Under the pieces are notes generated by a model, which did no database searches, had not been told where the DNA came from, and was given only the letters and a program-made list of their open reading frames with translations. Below, piece by piece: positions 31,231 through 43,400 of a stretch of 64,000 nucleotides of DNA. The position numbers and the translations under genes are program-made. Location: the NCBI GenBank assembly GCA_964247055.1, contig OZ176053.1, forward strand, positions 11,408,001 to 11,472,000, in the 5' to 3' direction. Source of the DNA: Paragordius varius. Lineage: Eukaryota > Animalia > Nematomorpha. Within the stretch, counting starts at the first letter, position 1, and every line of letters starts with the position of its first letter.

Positions 31231-33192
31231 ATATAAGAAAATGAAATTTGCAAACATTAATAAATTTTTTTTGGTGAAAGCTAAATACTTCATTCCAAGA
31301 AATGTGGGCTCAGAAGGTTGAATCCGTTTAAACTGGGCAAGATCTTTCAAATAAAGGCTTAAGGGTCGAGATTGCGCGATAAGAACAATTAATACACGAT
31401 AGTATCAAAAAATATATTTCATAAAAGCGCATCATATTCTGTTAAAAAAATTAATTTTATCAAAATTTTATTTAAGCTTACTTTATGGTTGTTTGAAGCG
31501 TGATCGATATAAACACTTTTTTTAATAAGAATGTTAAACATTTGCATCTGTTCAAATAAAGGTTAGTTCATTTTTTATAATTAAAATTTATAATCATCCT
31601 AATTTTGAAAACGAACGAGAATTTTAATCGAAATTCAGGCGTGTTGAAAATGTTTATCATCATCGAATTATGTAAAAAGAGCATTTTATACCGTTTCATC
31701 TTGCCACAAAATAGTATGAAGCACGATTCAACGCAATTTCTCTAAAAATGACATTTTCAACAAATTATGATATTTATTTAGTTTTTTGATTGGCAAATAT
31801 TATAAATTTTTATCGCGAAATCTTAGCCTTTAGGGTTAATTTTAAAACAACTAGAACATTTTAGAGGGGCTAATAATTTAGGACTTTCGGAATTTTAAAT
31901 TTTTTTTCGAAAATATTTATTTGTTTGAAATATTTTAATGATATTTTTTGAAGAAGCATTTAGCTTTTGCCAAAAATTTTTTATTTAACAAAATGAGCGC
32001 AAAAGTGAATAACATTCTTAAATTACTCGTAAAGGCCAAAAAACAATATGATAATCCTCTATCAGAATATATAATATTCCATCAGTATACTTTTTAATTT
32101 TATATGTTACTTGGAGAATGAGAGTTGTTTAAAAAATATTAGTAGAAAAAATGGCAAAAATGCTAAGGTTTTAATCGATTATATATATATATATATATAT
32201 AATCATTAGATTACTGAAAATATCTGACAAACATTTTTATCTGTATATTGCTTAATACTTAAACCCAAAGGTGTGCAACAAATCGATTATCGAAAACCCT
32301 TATTGAAAAGTATAGGACTGGTTACTAAATACCCATAAAAAATGTACTTTCATTAAACCTAACAATACAAAAGAAATGTTCACATATTCTTTTTGAGGTT
32401 TAAATTTATTAAGATATAAGATGCTATGTTGGGCCATTAATATGGTAAAATATATTCTTAATATGCTTTATTTATCAATTTATTCCCTCTTGTGATAGTT
32501 TGTCCAAGTTTAAGTAGCTTAAAATATATTTAGAGATTGAAGTAAATTCACAAATATGCACTTAATTACCATAACTTTCTCGCGGTAATTCTTTTCTTCG
32601 GATAAATAAATTGCTAATACAGCAGGCATAATGTATATTTTGGTTAAAAAAGATGAAAAATTAACTAAAGGTTTTAAATTATGATTTAGCATGAAATTTT
32701 TGTATCTATTGATTTTGATTTCACTGTTTCAATCGAGGAACCTATATCTCAATTTAGGAATCTAGAGGCCAAAAAATATAATATAGACTTTTATGTAAAG
32801 AAAAGTGTTTAAAAATAGTTATAAATTGTAATTAAAGTTTTCGTGTGCAGAACATTCCAAATATTTGTTTCAAAAAATTAAAAGGTAAATGAGTGTTAAA
32901 CTTAAGCTAATAATAATAATTTAATAACACACAATATGAAGATTATTATTACTATTAGCCTACTTTTGCAATTGGATAATACTTCCTATCACCAAAATTT
33001 TTAGAGGACAGTGTTTAGGTATCATAGTGAGAGACGCGTTTTGTTCTTGTTGTGCATTGTCATAATTTTTAGGACCAATTGTAATTGGTGAAAGAGAAAA
33101 CAGAGATTATAAAGGCCCTGAGAGGGCTACCGAATGTACTGAGATCAAGCCAATTATCTCTCTTTTTAACCCATTAGCCAAGATAGGGTATA

Positions 33193-33811
33193 TACCATTT
33201 GCACTTCAAGAGTGTCCTTGAACACTTCAAGTTGGTCCTTGAACATTTCAAGTTTTTCCTTAAACACTTCAAGTTGGTCATTTGACTTTTTTTGTTTTGT
33301 TTTGTTTTTAACTTTTATCAATCAAATCGTAAATAATTCATCTATTTTATTGTTTTAAACTTATTTTCTATTATCTAACATAAATTTTGAATCAATATCA
33401 ACTTTTCATTGATAAACTGTATATCTTCATTAATTTCTTAAATTTTTTTGGATATTTATAAGATTTTAACACGAAATGAAAAAATATATAAGTTTTCTGG
33501 GTTATTAATTATAATTTTGATTAAAAACATTTAAAAATTGTTCAATTAAAAATAATAGTTTGAAACAAAAAAGTGGTTTTTTAATAAACATTTTTATTTT
33601 TAAATGAAAAAATATATAATAAATAAAGAAAATTAGGTTTTTAAATAATAAAATAAAAAAATAAATGCAAAAATTATGGTTAAATCAAAATTTATAAATT
33701 TTAAGGACCAACTTGGTGTTCAAGGACCGACTCGAAGTGTTCAAGGATCAACTTGAAATGTTCAAGGACCAACTTGAAGTGTTCAAGGACACTGTTGAAG
33801 TGCAAATGGTA
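33193..33811. mobile_element. MITE with TACCATTTGCACTTCAA termini and 21-bp subterminal tandem repeats
   Basis: There are about 4 copies of CTTCAAGTTGGTCCTTGAACA at the left and about 5 inverted copies at the right. The interior is shared with 57777-58224. Confidence 0.8.
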
Positions 33812-34499
33812 TATTTCACTAGAAAATTGAACCCTAATCACGGAACGCCATCTTTATACTTAATAACAACATTATAGAGATAATGTTATTATTATTCCCT
33901 ATTGCAATTAGAAATCATCCGCCAAAAAATTATTAATATTATTAATAATATTTAAGAATGACTGTGTATCGATTGCTTATTAATTCTTTTTTTAACAGTC
34001 CATGATTTGGGGTAGCTATGTATGGATGCGAAATTCGAATATATACAAAATAAAATAATACGCCGATTGAAAAATATGCTTTTTTTAACCAGGCGATTTT
34101 CGAAGATTTTTATTGAAAAATGTAAATTGTAAAATACGGTATGCATTTTAATGGTTGCTTATTTAACACTATAGTTCGGCAATTTGCAACACAGTAGTGT
34201 ATGGAAAAAGAAAGGTAAAAATTGATTATTTGACATTTTGTTGTTTTTTCCATATACTACTGTGTTTTTTTTATTTTTTTAGATTGCTAATAAAAAGTCA
34301 ATGTTTATTATGGTTAAAAAAGTAAATTTACTTGAAAAACCAGAATACATTATAGCATTAAAAACTTTATTATTGATTTTGAATTAGGACTATGTTTCGA
34401 TCGTTTAAGAGCTGCCCCAATTTTAGATTCTACAACAGGGGTGCCCAACACAAATGGCTTGAAGAGCTGCATTTTCGACCTCAAAAATCTGAAAAGCCA

Positions 34500-36050
34500 C
34501 ATTTGAATTAATATATATCAAGACTACGCCATTTTTGTATGGCGTCTCAGTTTTAAACCAGTAGACCCCTACCCATAGACGTATATGGAAAAAGCGCTGA
34601 GTAATCTTTGCCTTTATAGGGCAAATATTTGGAATCATCTTTAATACCATCATACCATGGGTTATTCGTAAAAATACCTCAACACTAACTAATCGTTATT
34701 TGATGGCGTATTTTCAGGGCATAAGGCCCCTTAGCAGCTAATAAAAACCACTTACCTGAATTTTTTCTAGTCACAGGCATTATTTCAAGCTTATGAGCTC
34801 ATATGGCTTCATAAATTTTCTGTAAATTAGCTCCAAAACAATACAATTTCTATATAGTGGGGCGGTTTTTGGTGGGTATGCTCCTTACCTGGGGACAGGT
34901 ATAAAAAAAGCGTTGGTCAAATTTTTGCCTTTATATGGGGAATATTATTATGGATTCCATATGTTCCTATCAGCCTTATAGGTTTTCTGAAATTTGCTAA
35001 AAAGGCATACTGTATCGATATGGTGACGCTTTATGCGGGTAGCCCACTAATCAGGGGCAAAAGAAAACGGGATTATAATTTTTGCCTTAATTCGGGTAAT
35101 ACCAGGAATATGATTGATTCAATATGCTCTGATTTTGGAAAAATTGCCTCAAAACCAGGTGGCGCATTTTTCAGGGCAGGGACTCATTTAAGGGGTATTA
35201 ATAAAACCGCTTTGCTCTAATTTTTGCCTTCTTACGGGTAATATTTCAAGCCATTATTGAACTCATATGGCCTGATAATTCTAAAATTTGTTTCCAAAGT
35301 CACGTTGTATCGATATGGTGGCGCAGTTGTTGGCGAGCTCCATGCCCAGAGGCCGATACAAAAAAGCGCTTGATTAAAATTTTTGCCTTTTTACCGAGAA
35401 TACCTGTAATTATGATTGATTCCATATGATCTCAATGGTTTTTGGAAACATTCCTCAAAATTAATAAATCATTCTGTGGTGGCGCATTTTTCAGTGTGTG
35501 AAGCGACTAATTAACGGCTAATTTTAAAAAACTGCACTATTTGAATTTTAGCATTGTAACGGGTAATATTTTAAGCACCTGTTGAACTCTTATGGCCCGA
35601 TAGGTTTTCTGAAATTTAGTTCCAAAGGCACGCTATTTCGATATAACGGGGCAGTTTTTAGTGGGTATCTTCTTACCCAGCAGCCAATATAAAAAACGCA
35701 CGACTAAAATTTTTGCCTTTCAACAGGGAATACCTGGAATCATCATTATATTTTTATGGTCTCATACTTTGGGCGAAAAATAGATTCAATTATTTTTGTG
35801 GACTTTTTTTTGAAAAAAATCATATTTTACGGGGGGAGTGGGTAAAAAGAGGGCCTAAATTAAAAAAGCGAGCCGACCATGTTCGGCGTAATCGAAAAAA
35901 GTAAAAAAAATCATAATGAAATTGAATGGTCCAACACGTTTTCTAGAAAATTTCTCAAAGACAGGATTTTTGTGGACTTGTTTTCAAAAAAACCAGTTTT
36001 TCACACGGGATGGGCCCGAACTGGGGCTCTAATTTAAAAAAGGGCCAAGC
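34500..36050. repeat. Longer degenerate array of ~150-165-bp monomers
   Basis: About 9-10 diverged monomers alternate between two types and are homologous to 25040-26040. Confidence 0.75.
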
Positions 36051-36470
36051 TATTGTTGGTGCATTCTTTAATGATTATATTTTTTCGATGTTTGGATTTG
36101 AATGGGTCTACCGGTTTTCCGGAAACAGATCACAAAGCCAGCATTTTCCATTTTTATAAATATATGGATTCACGAAACGCACTCATCGTTAGTGTACAAT
36201 TAAGGCACATGGGTTTATTATTGGAATTTTGGGTACCATACTGCATTAATGTATCGATATTAATTAGGAAATAAAGTTCCGCAAAAAATATCTCAAAAAT
36301 CGCTATAACTCCCCACGATATTTAGAAAATTAAATTATTATTTACAGAGTTTACCAATTGCAAATATTTTCGAATATGTATAATGTTTTCAGAAATATGG
36401 CTTTTTCATAACCGAATAAAAAATAAGCTTTTTTTTACTTACATAGGAAAACAATGTTTGATGTTATAAC

Positions 36471-36986
36471 TAGGGTTGTGCATTTGACCGCTTTTTCAAA
36501 AAAGTTCCGGTCAGACCCAGTCAGACCATGGTCATGACCACTTTTTACCTAAGTAAATACCATTCGTTATTGGGTTGCGAAAATTCGAACGACATTTGCG
36601 TTTCACTGTTAATGTCATCTTTTTCTAAAAGTTTGTATTATACTTTTTAATATTTATTATATCAATATATTCAATCAAATTTAATCAAGAATTTTGTGTT
36701 CAAATAAATTTTGCCACATGTTTGTTTTGCAAAAGGCTTGATTGTTATGTTTTTCGAAATAACTGGATATGGTTAAATGATAATTTTATAAGGATGCATG
36801 TTTAACAATTTTATACTGTTAAATAAACAAATTTAAATATGCAATTTATATTTTTAAAAATATATCAAAAAACAATATAATCTTACTATCTCTCTTCCGA
36901 AAAAAATTGCCAGCAATTTTTCAGAAAAACAGCTGTTATATTAAATGACCATGGTCAAAAAATTAATAGTGGTCAGCACAACCCTA
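36471..36986. mobile_element. hAT-like MITE with TAGGGTTGTGC terminal inverted repeats
   Basis: It runs TAGGGTTGTGC ... GCACAACCCTA with subterminal GACC/GGTC motifs. The 8-bp flanks match only partially. Confidence 0.7.
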
Positions 36987-37096
36987 GTAACAAAAATAAC
37001 TTTCTAAACAGTAGCTTATTGAGGTGTTAATAATGGTGGAAATAATGCGTGATAATAATATAGGTTTTTTTTATAAGCTAAAAACTAAAAAATTAT

Positions 37097-37103
37097 CGTC
37101 CCT

Positions 37104-37149
<46 letters not shown>

Positions 37150-37170
37150 GACCGATTGCGCCACAGAGAC
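37097..37170 (-). tRNA. tRNA-Asn (anticodon GTT)
   Basis: The sequence GTCTCTGTGGCGCAATCGGTCAGCGCGTTCGGCTGTTAACCGAAAGGTTGGTGGTTCAAGCCCACCCAGGGACG folds as a canonical cloverleaf with A and B boxes. A T-run terminator follows. Confidence 0.98.
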
Positions 37171-37498
37171 CTTGGAAAAAGAAAATATAGTTATGTTTAT
37201 ATACCCAAGCTCAAAGGATTAAGCGCAACAAAATATTGGAATGTGGTATATATAAAACTTATAATTATAACCCTATTCGACCCCAGACGCAACAAGACGG
37301 CTGTCACTAAACCTCCATAGACTGGTGGAGAAAGGGCAACAAGCGACGCCTTTTGTGGACAGAAACAACGTGGATCTGCTACACCCTTTTCTTAATACAC
37401 ATTGATACCCTATTCTTGTGAGAAGACTAAATAATCAATGTTTTAACGATTCCCGTTATATAATTTTTAGAATTGCACATTTTTTTGATCGGTTCGCC

Positions 37499-40400
37499 AT
37501 GGATATCAGTTTAAGGCAAAGGTACACATTTGAACAGCTACAATTGAGTAATATTACAACCCTAGATGAGTTAGATTTTAAGGTATATTAATTTTAAATT
37601 TAGGTTCTTTCTTTCCAAAATCGTAAAATATTTGAGCGTCTTGAATTTTATCGTAATAATGAAAAGGATTTGAAACAAAAAATTGAACAACTTGAACAGA
37701 AGTGTAATTCAACAAACTCCATTCTTTGTTTGTTTAATCGATATTGGAATAGTTTGGATGATAACCTTAAATTAATACTTGACAAGTAATTTTTTATATG
37801 TTATAATAGAATCGCTATTGAGTTTACAGTAGAACGAGACAAATATCAATATGATACGGAGACGCAGAAACAACTGGAAAACATAGACATTCTTACTGAT
37901 TATGATTCTTTAATTTCAAAATTTGGTATATAATTTAATAATTTTTTAGTTTCTAAAAATGAAAATTCAATACAAAACATTAACGAAGAAGATTCTCAGC
38001 ATAGCGGAACTGAGGATGTGCTTGATGAAACTACGTAAGTCAATTTTGATCACTATTGTAATTAGATATCTTCGGTTAACACTTCATGACTTTTTCACTT
38101 TTTTGTCCGCTAAGACATATTGGGTAAGTTTTGTATACCAGAACTTTGTTTTGTAAATAAATTACTGTTTTAAAAGTTATTTTAGTTTAAATTTAATTAT
38201 AAAACATTTTTCTCGTGTAGATAAAAAAGATCATATTTTTTACAGTTTTGTGGCTTCTAAAGTCTAAAATTGCGACAGCTCCAAAACATGAATGAAAGAG
38301 GGGCTTATATAACATCATTTGATACGAATTTAAAGTTAATTCACATTAACCATATTATACATTTATTTGCCTGTTACAATAGCGTTTTAGGAAAAAAGGC
38401 GGCCAAAAAGTTTGATGATGATTTTTTGCAATTTCATTTATTTTTAAAATTTCTAGTATCATCCGCTTTAAAGGCTAAAGAATGCATATTTTAAAATTAC
38501 TGATACTTTAAATTCTTTTAAATATTTGAATTTTATAAAATACCCGAAAAGGTCATGGAGTGTTAAATAAAAGTGTCCTGAACCTTTGTTCATTCGCTTA
38601 AAGTATACTAATATATCATTTTTCTCTATAACCGTAGATTGTGAGCGTTTTCATAATTTCATAAGCATTTTGAAATGTAAAGCACTGGTGTTTTTTTATT
38701 ATAAATATCTCTTTTTAACTCATTTAGCACTATTTCATTTTTGCTAATAATAAAATATCAATATTTTATGATTGATCGACGTAATTTGATAATAATTGCT
38801 AATTTTAAACGATATTTGCTTTATACTCCAACATTAACTTTTTATGTTAGTTATTAAAAGCACACTGCGAAATTATATACCAATTACTGAATAGTTTTTA
38901 GTTATAAAATATTTTGCCCTAAAATAAATAAATTTATTATATAATTTTTATCTGCCAGGGATGAAAGGAAATATGGGAAATTGGCTAAGATACGAAAAAT
39001 GCAACAACTTGAAAAACGCATCAAACTCGATTCATCCTCGAATAATTCTACCATACCATTTCCCACAGAATTTAACATGAAATTTACAAAAGAACAAGGT
39101 AACCTTTACTTTTTTTTCTGGTTAAATTATATCAATTTGGGTCAAAAATGTCTGAAGATGTTAATCTATAATAGTATTGAATTTCTGTATTAATGAACAT
39201 TGAAGTAAATGATTGAAGTGATGTTTGAAATGGAAAATTTGTTTTATGAAGTTTTATCGAATTCCACATAGTACAAACTTTAGAGTTTTGGATTAAATAT
39301 TTTTTTTGCAATCAATTGGTCCAGTTTCATTGTTTTTTTTTGTTTTAATATTATTTTGTATTGTTTTTACAGATATTTTATTTTATATATAACGTGGATA
39401 ATTTGCATAAAGAAAGTAATTATATAAGCAAAATTTACCGCATGCTATTTGCTCCTAAAAAATAGATTAAATATTTTTTAAATTAAACATTGTTAACACT
39501 GGTTTTTTAAATGTTTTTAGAACCTGGTTGATTAGTAAGTTTTGAGAGAACAATTTCCCTTACTTTTATACTTTTATATTTCCAAATTTCTTTATCTTAC
39601 CCAATTTAATATTTATTGTTAACCGAAATATCTAGAAGCCATGTTACAAAATTATTTCGTTGAAGAATTATTCACCTGTGATTCCGGTATTTTGGATCAA
39701 AAGTTTGGAGATCGAATCGAATTTACGAAACGTACGTTGCTTAATGTGTTGAGACACATTGAAACGTTTTACATTATCAGGGACCATGTCATAACTAAAC
39801 AAAGACAACAAATGTTAAACAACACCAACAGTAATGGTTGCTATTTTTATATATAATTCTTTTAATCATTAATTATTAATATATAAATTGTAATATTTAT
39901 TCAAGAAATCCGTGATATATTTCCAGTTTATAGTGGCATGTTTCTAATTTTTAACTTTTCCAAAATGTTTAACCCCTAGAAAATTGTTTATTTTTGTCTA
40001 CATCGTTTGAAACGAATGGTAATAGTATTAGTCACAGCGAATTTTTTCATTTGAACATATTTATTTTCCTAATTTATTTTTAATCCTTCCCTCGATAACA
40101 TCATAACTTATTGTGCTTAACCACTTTTTAACAGTCCACGGGGTTAAATTTTATCATTTGATTGTAATTATTAAGTGTAACTGATTTTTTGACAATATCT
40201 GGGCGTAAAGGAAAAGAGTTAAAACATCTCCTCTCAAATTTTGGGTTTAAAGCAGCGGTATTTAACATAAATGGCCTTGTGGGCCGCATTTGAAATATAT
40301 ATGGGTGGGGTTTTTTATTGGATTTTAAGCATAAGACTGTAAAATGCAAACACACAATATAGCATTTTTTCTTTATTTCCTGCCAATTTGATATAGATTG

Positions 40401-43400
40401 ATTTTGGATAATGTTTAAGAATTTTTAATTTTATTAAGATTTTTCAACATATTTTTGCAAATTATGGATTTCCAAATTTTTAGCGGGTCGCACATAAGGT
40501 CTCAGAAAACCGCATGTGGCTTGAGTTAACCACCCCTGTGTTAGAGATTTACATCATGTAACTAATCATTTTCAGGTTAATATATATTTTTTTTGTTTGC
40601 TTCTGTGCAGTCTGCAAATGCTCGGCTCAAAACAATTTGGCTGCTTAATTTTTTAATTATTTTTAGTCTAGACATCTTTTATCTTCTCCTAATATATATC
40701 CTCGATTTTCTGTTATTGTATATGTTTCAAACGAATAAGCCTTAATTCTCCAAGTCTATTGTCGAATTATTATATTACTTGATACTTGAATTCCGTTTAG
40801 ATTTTAACTGAGTTCACCATGATCTTTGCATACATGTTATATCAGGCAAATTTTTACTTTTCACCTGTTTTTGTAGTAAAACAAATTTTAAAAAAAATCA
40901 TGCGATTAACATATTATCTGTTACAAAACTAACTAATCTAAAATGAAGAGTATAATCGCAGGAAAAAGCACTTTAATTAGTTAATAGTGGGCTTTAGGCG
41001 CGATACCTTCAGGACTTATATGGATATCAATAAATCTTTTAAACAAGCGTTGTTTTTTAGTCAATTGAATTTGCAATAATTATTTATAGATCAAACTAAC
41101 CTATGTCTTTTATAAAATTGAGATATTTATAAATTGATGGTTTTTGTCAAATACTTGATACTTGATGGTTTTTTGACTTCAAGTTAAGGTGTCCGTGAAC
41201 GGTCTTATTCCAAAGGTCCTTATCTAGACATTTGGTAATGTCGAGGTTTAGTATTTTTATGTCATTTTTAATGTTGTCGCAGGAATGTGTTGGGCGCCCT
41301 TTGCGGTTGTTTCCAAAGGGTTGTATGTGCTTAATGGTTTGGAGTGGCTGGTCGGTTTGTCTTTTAATGTCCAAGTATTTAAGCCTGCTTCTTTGTATAA
41401 ACTTTTCTACTGTGTCATTTTTGTGTTTAAGATGAATATTGTAGTCAGAACAGCAAGCTTTAATTATTTTGTTTTCCGTATTTATCATTTTGTCAAGATT
41501 TGTTTTATTTAGGGGCCATGTTTCGGTGGCGTAAGTAAAAGCTGGCCTGACTCCTGCTTTGTATATTAGCCATTTATTATTGTGAGATACATTTTTATTT
41601 TTAAGGACAAATTTTAGGGAGTTGACTTTACCCCGTGCTTGTTGGATTCGTTTCCGTATTGCTCCAGATATATGGCCCTAAGAGTCTATGACGTCTCCTA
41701 GGTATGTAAACTGGTCTACTTTTTCTATTGAGTTTTCGTCGATTGTCATATATGTCGATCGTGTTTGAGTTGTATTATTGTTTTTACAGTTGTCACATTT
41801 AAAGTTTATTTGTTCGTTGAGTTTGCCGGTGATTTTGAAGCATTTTTTGTGAACCCAGAATTTGCATTTGTTGCATTTTATTGAATTTGTTTTGACTTCT
41901 TTGTCGCAGATAGCGCATGAATATTTAGGGCGCTGCGTACGATCACCTGATATCATTATTTTTGTTTTATTAATATTTATTTTCAGCCCATGGTTCTCTA
42001 AACAGATTTTCCATGTTTTGAATTTGTTTGAGATGTTTTCCATTGAAGTATCTGTTAAAACGATATCATCCGCGAAGATTAACTCCCAGGGCGGTTGAGT
42101 AGATATGTTTTTTGTTATACAGTCTAATATTATAATAAATAGTAATGGACTAAGTACAGACCCTTGGTGTAGGCCAGTGTTTGTCTTGAAAGGTTCCGTG
42201 TCTCTTATTTGCGTGCGTACCATTGTAGTTGTATATTCATAAAGGAGTAATATTATTCTATTAAATATTCTTCGATGTAATTTTGTCTTAGGGCCCATTT
42301 GATTGTTGCCCTAGGGATATCAAAAGCTTTCTCCAGGTCTAGAAATATGTGGAATAGTTTTTGATTTTTTGAAAGGTATTTTTCCTGTAGTTGCCTGATT
42401 ATGAAGATGGCATCTGTAGTGCTGTGTTCTTTACGAAATGCAAACTGATTATTTGTTATTGTAATGGTTTGTCTAAGGCGGTTGTCAATGATGCTTTCAA
42501 ATATTTTGAAAGTGTGTTCTAAAAGTTTTAAGGGGCGGTATGAGGAGCAGACGAGACGATCCCCCTTATTTTTATATATAGGGATCGTTATACTTTTATT
42601 CCAGTCATGGGGAATTTCACGTTTGGTAAGAATTTCATTAAAAAAAGTTGTAAGGTAGGATGTTAAGCATGGTATTGGTTTAAGCAGATCGATTGATAGT
42701 TCGCTGGCACCTGACGACTTATTTGGCTTCATTTTTTGTATTGCTTTTAATACTTCATTTTCTGTGATTTCGTGGATGGGTCCGCTCGTGGGTGGTTTTA
42801 GCATTAGAGGGATTTTTAAATTGTTGGTTTGGTTCATTGATTCTTTCAAGCTTTCTTTCCATATCTTAATTACACTTTCTGGGTTAGAGGTTATTTCCTT
42901 CATATTGTTTTTTATACATTTGGTTTTAATGATGTCTTGTTTGTTTGAGTTTATATTCTTTATGTATTTAAAGATTTTTTTATTTTTAACCTGGTCCTCT
43001 AGTTTAGTGGCCAGTTTTAGGCAATTATCATATATAGTTTTTCTAATTTCTTTCTGCGCTTTGTGTTTTGCGATCAGATATGTTTGTCTGTTTTTATCAT
43101 TGCTATCCCTTTTCCATGCTTTGAAGGCGTCGTTTTTTTCTTTAGTAACCTCTTTTAATTCCTTTTTCCACCACCAATATTTCTTTTTTTTATTGTATGG
43201 TTTGCATCTCCCACAAGTATTATCAGCTGTTTTAACTATTGTTTTTAGGTTATCCCATCTTGAACCAATGGATTCATTGTTTTGCTGGAGCTTTTCGGAT
43301 GCCTGGTTGATGTATTTGTTCCTGATTGTTTGATTTTGTAATTTATTGTGGTTGATTTTGGCAGGTCTTTGGTATAAGGGTTTATTTTTTAGTTTTTTCA

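Noticed and set aside
33065-33190. Short open segment after an AG (PIVIGERENRDYKGPERATEC..) resembling an exon
   Set aside because: No partner exons or recognisable homology were found.
33200-33800. 21-bp tandem repeats superficially like a CRISPR array
   Set aside because: There are no unique spacers, the repeats are mirror-imaged at both ends of a TIR element, the context is eukaryotic, and no cas genes are present.
37024-37320. 98-aa ORF containing LSSLGGLEPPTFRLTAERAD
   Set aside because: It is the antisense translation of the tRNA-Asn gene.
37455-37470. Possible 16-nt GT-AG intron (gttatataatttttag) in the Bre1 5' leader
   Set aside because: There is no reading-frame constraint to test it. 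The AG could equally be the acceptor of a longer intron or an outron, so it is unsupported without RNA data.
41232-43333. Plus-strand ORFs 41232-41435, 41285-41512, 41862-42098, 42464-42658 and 42764-43333
   Set aside because: They are antisense shadows of the A-rich RTE ORF and have no recognisable motifs.
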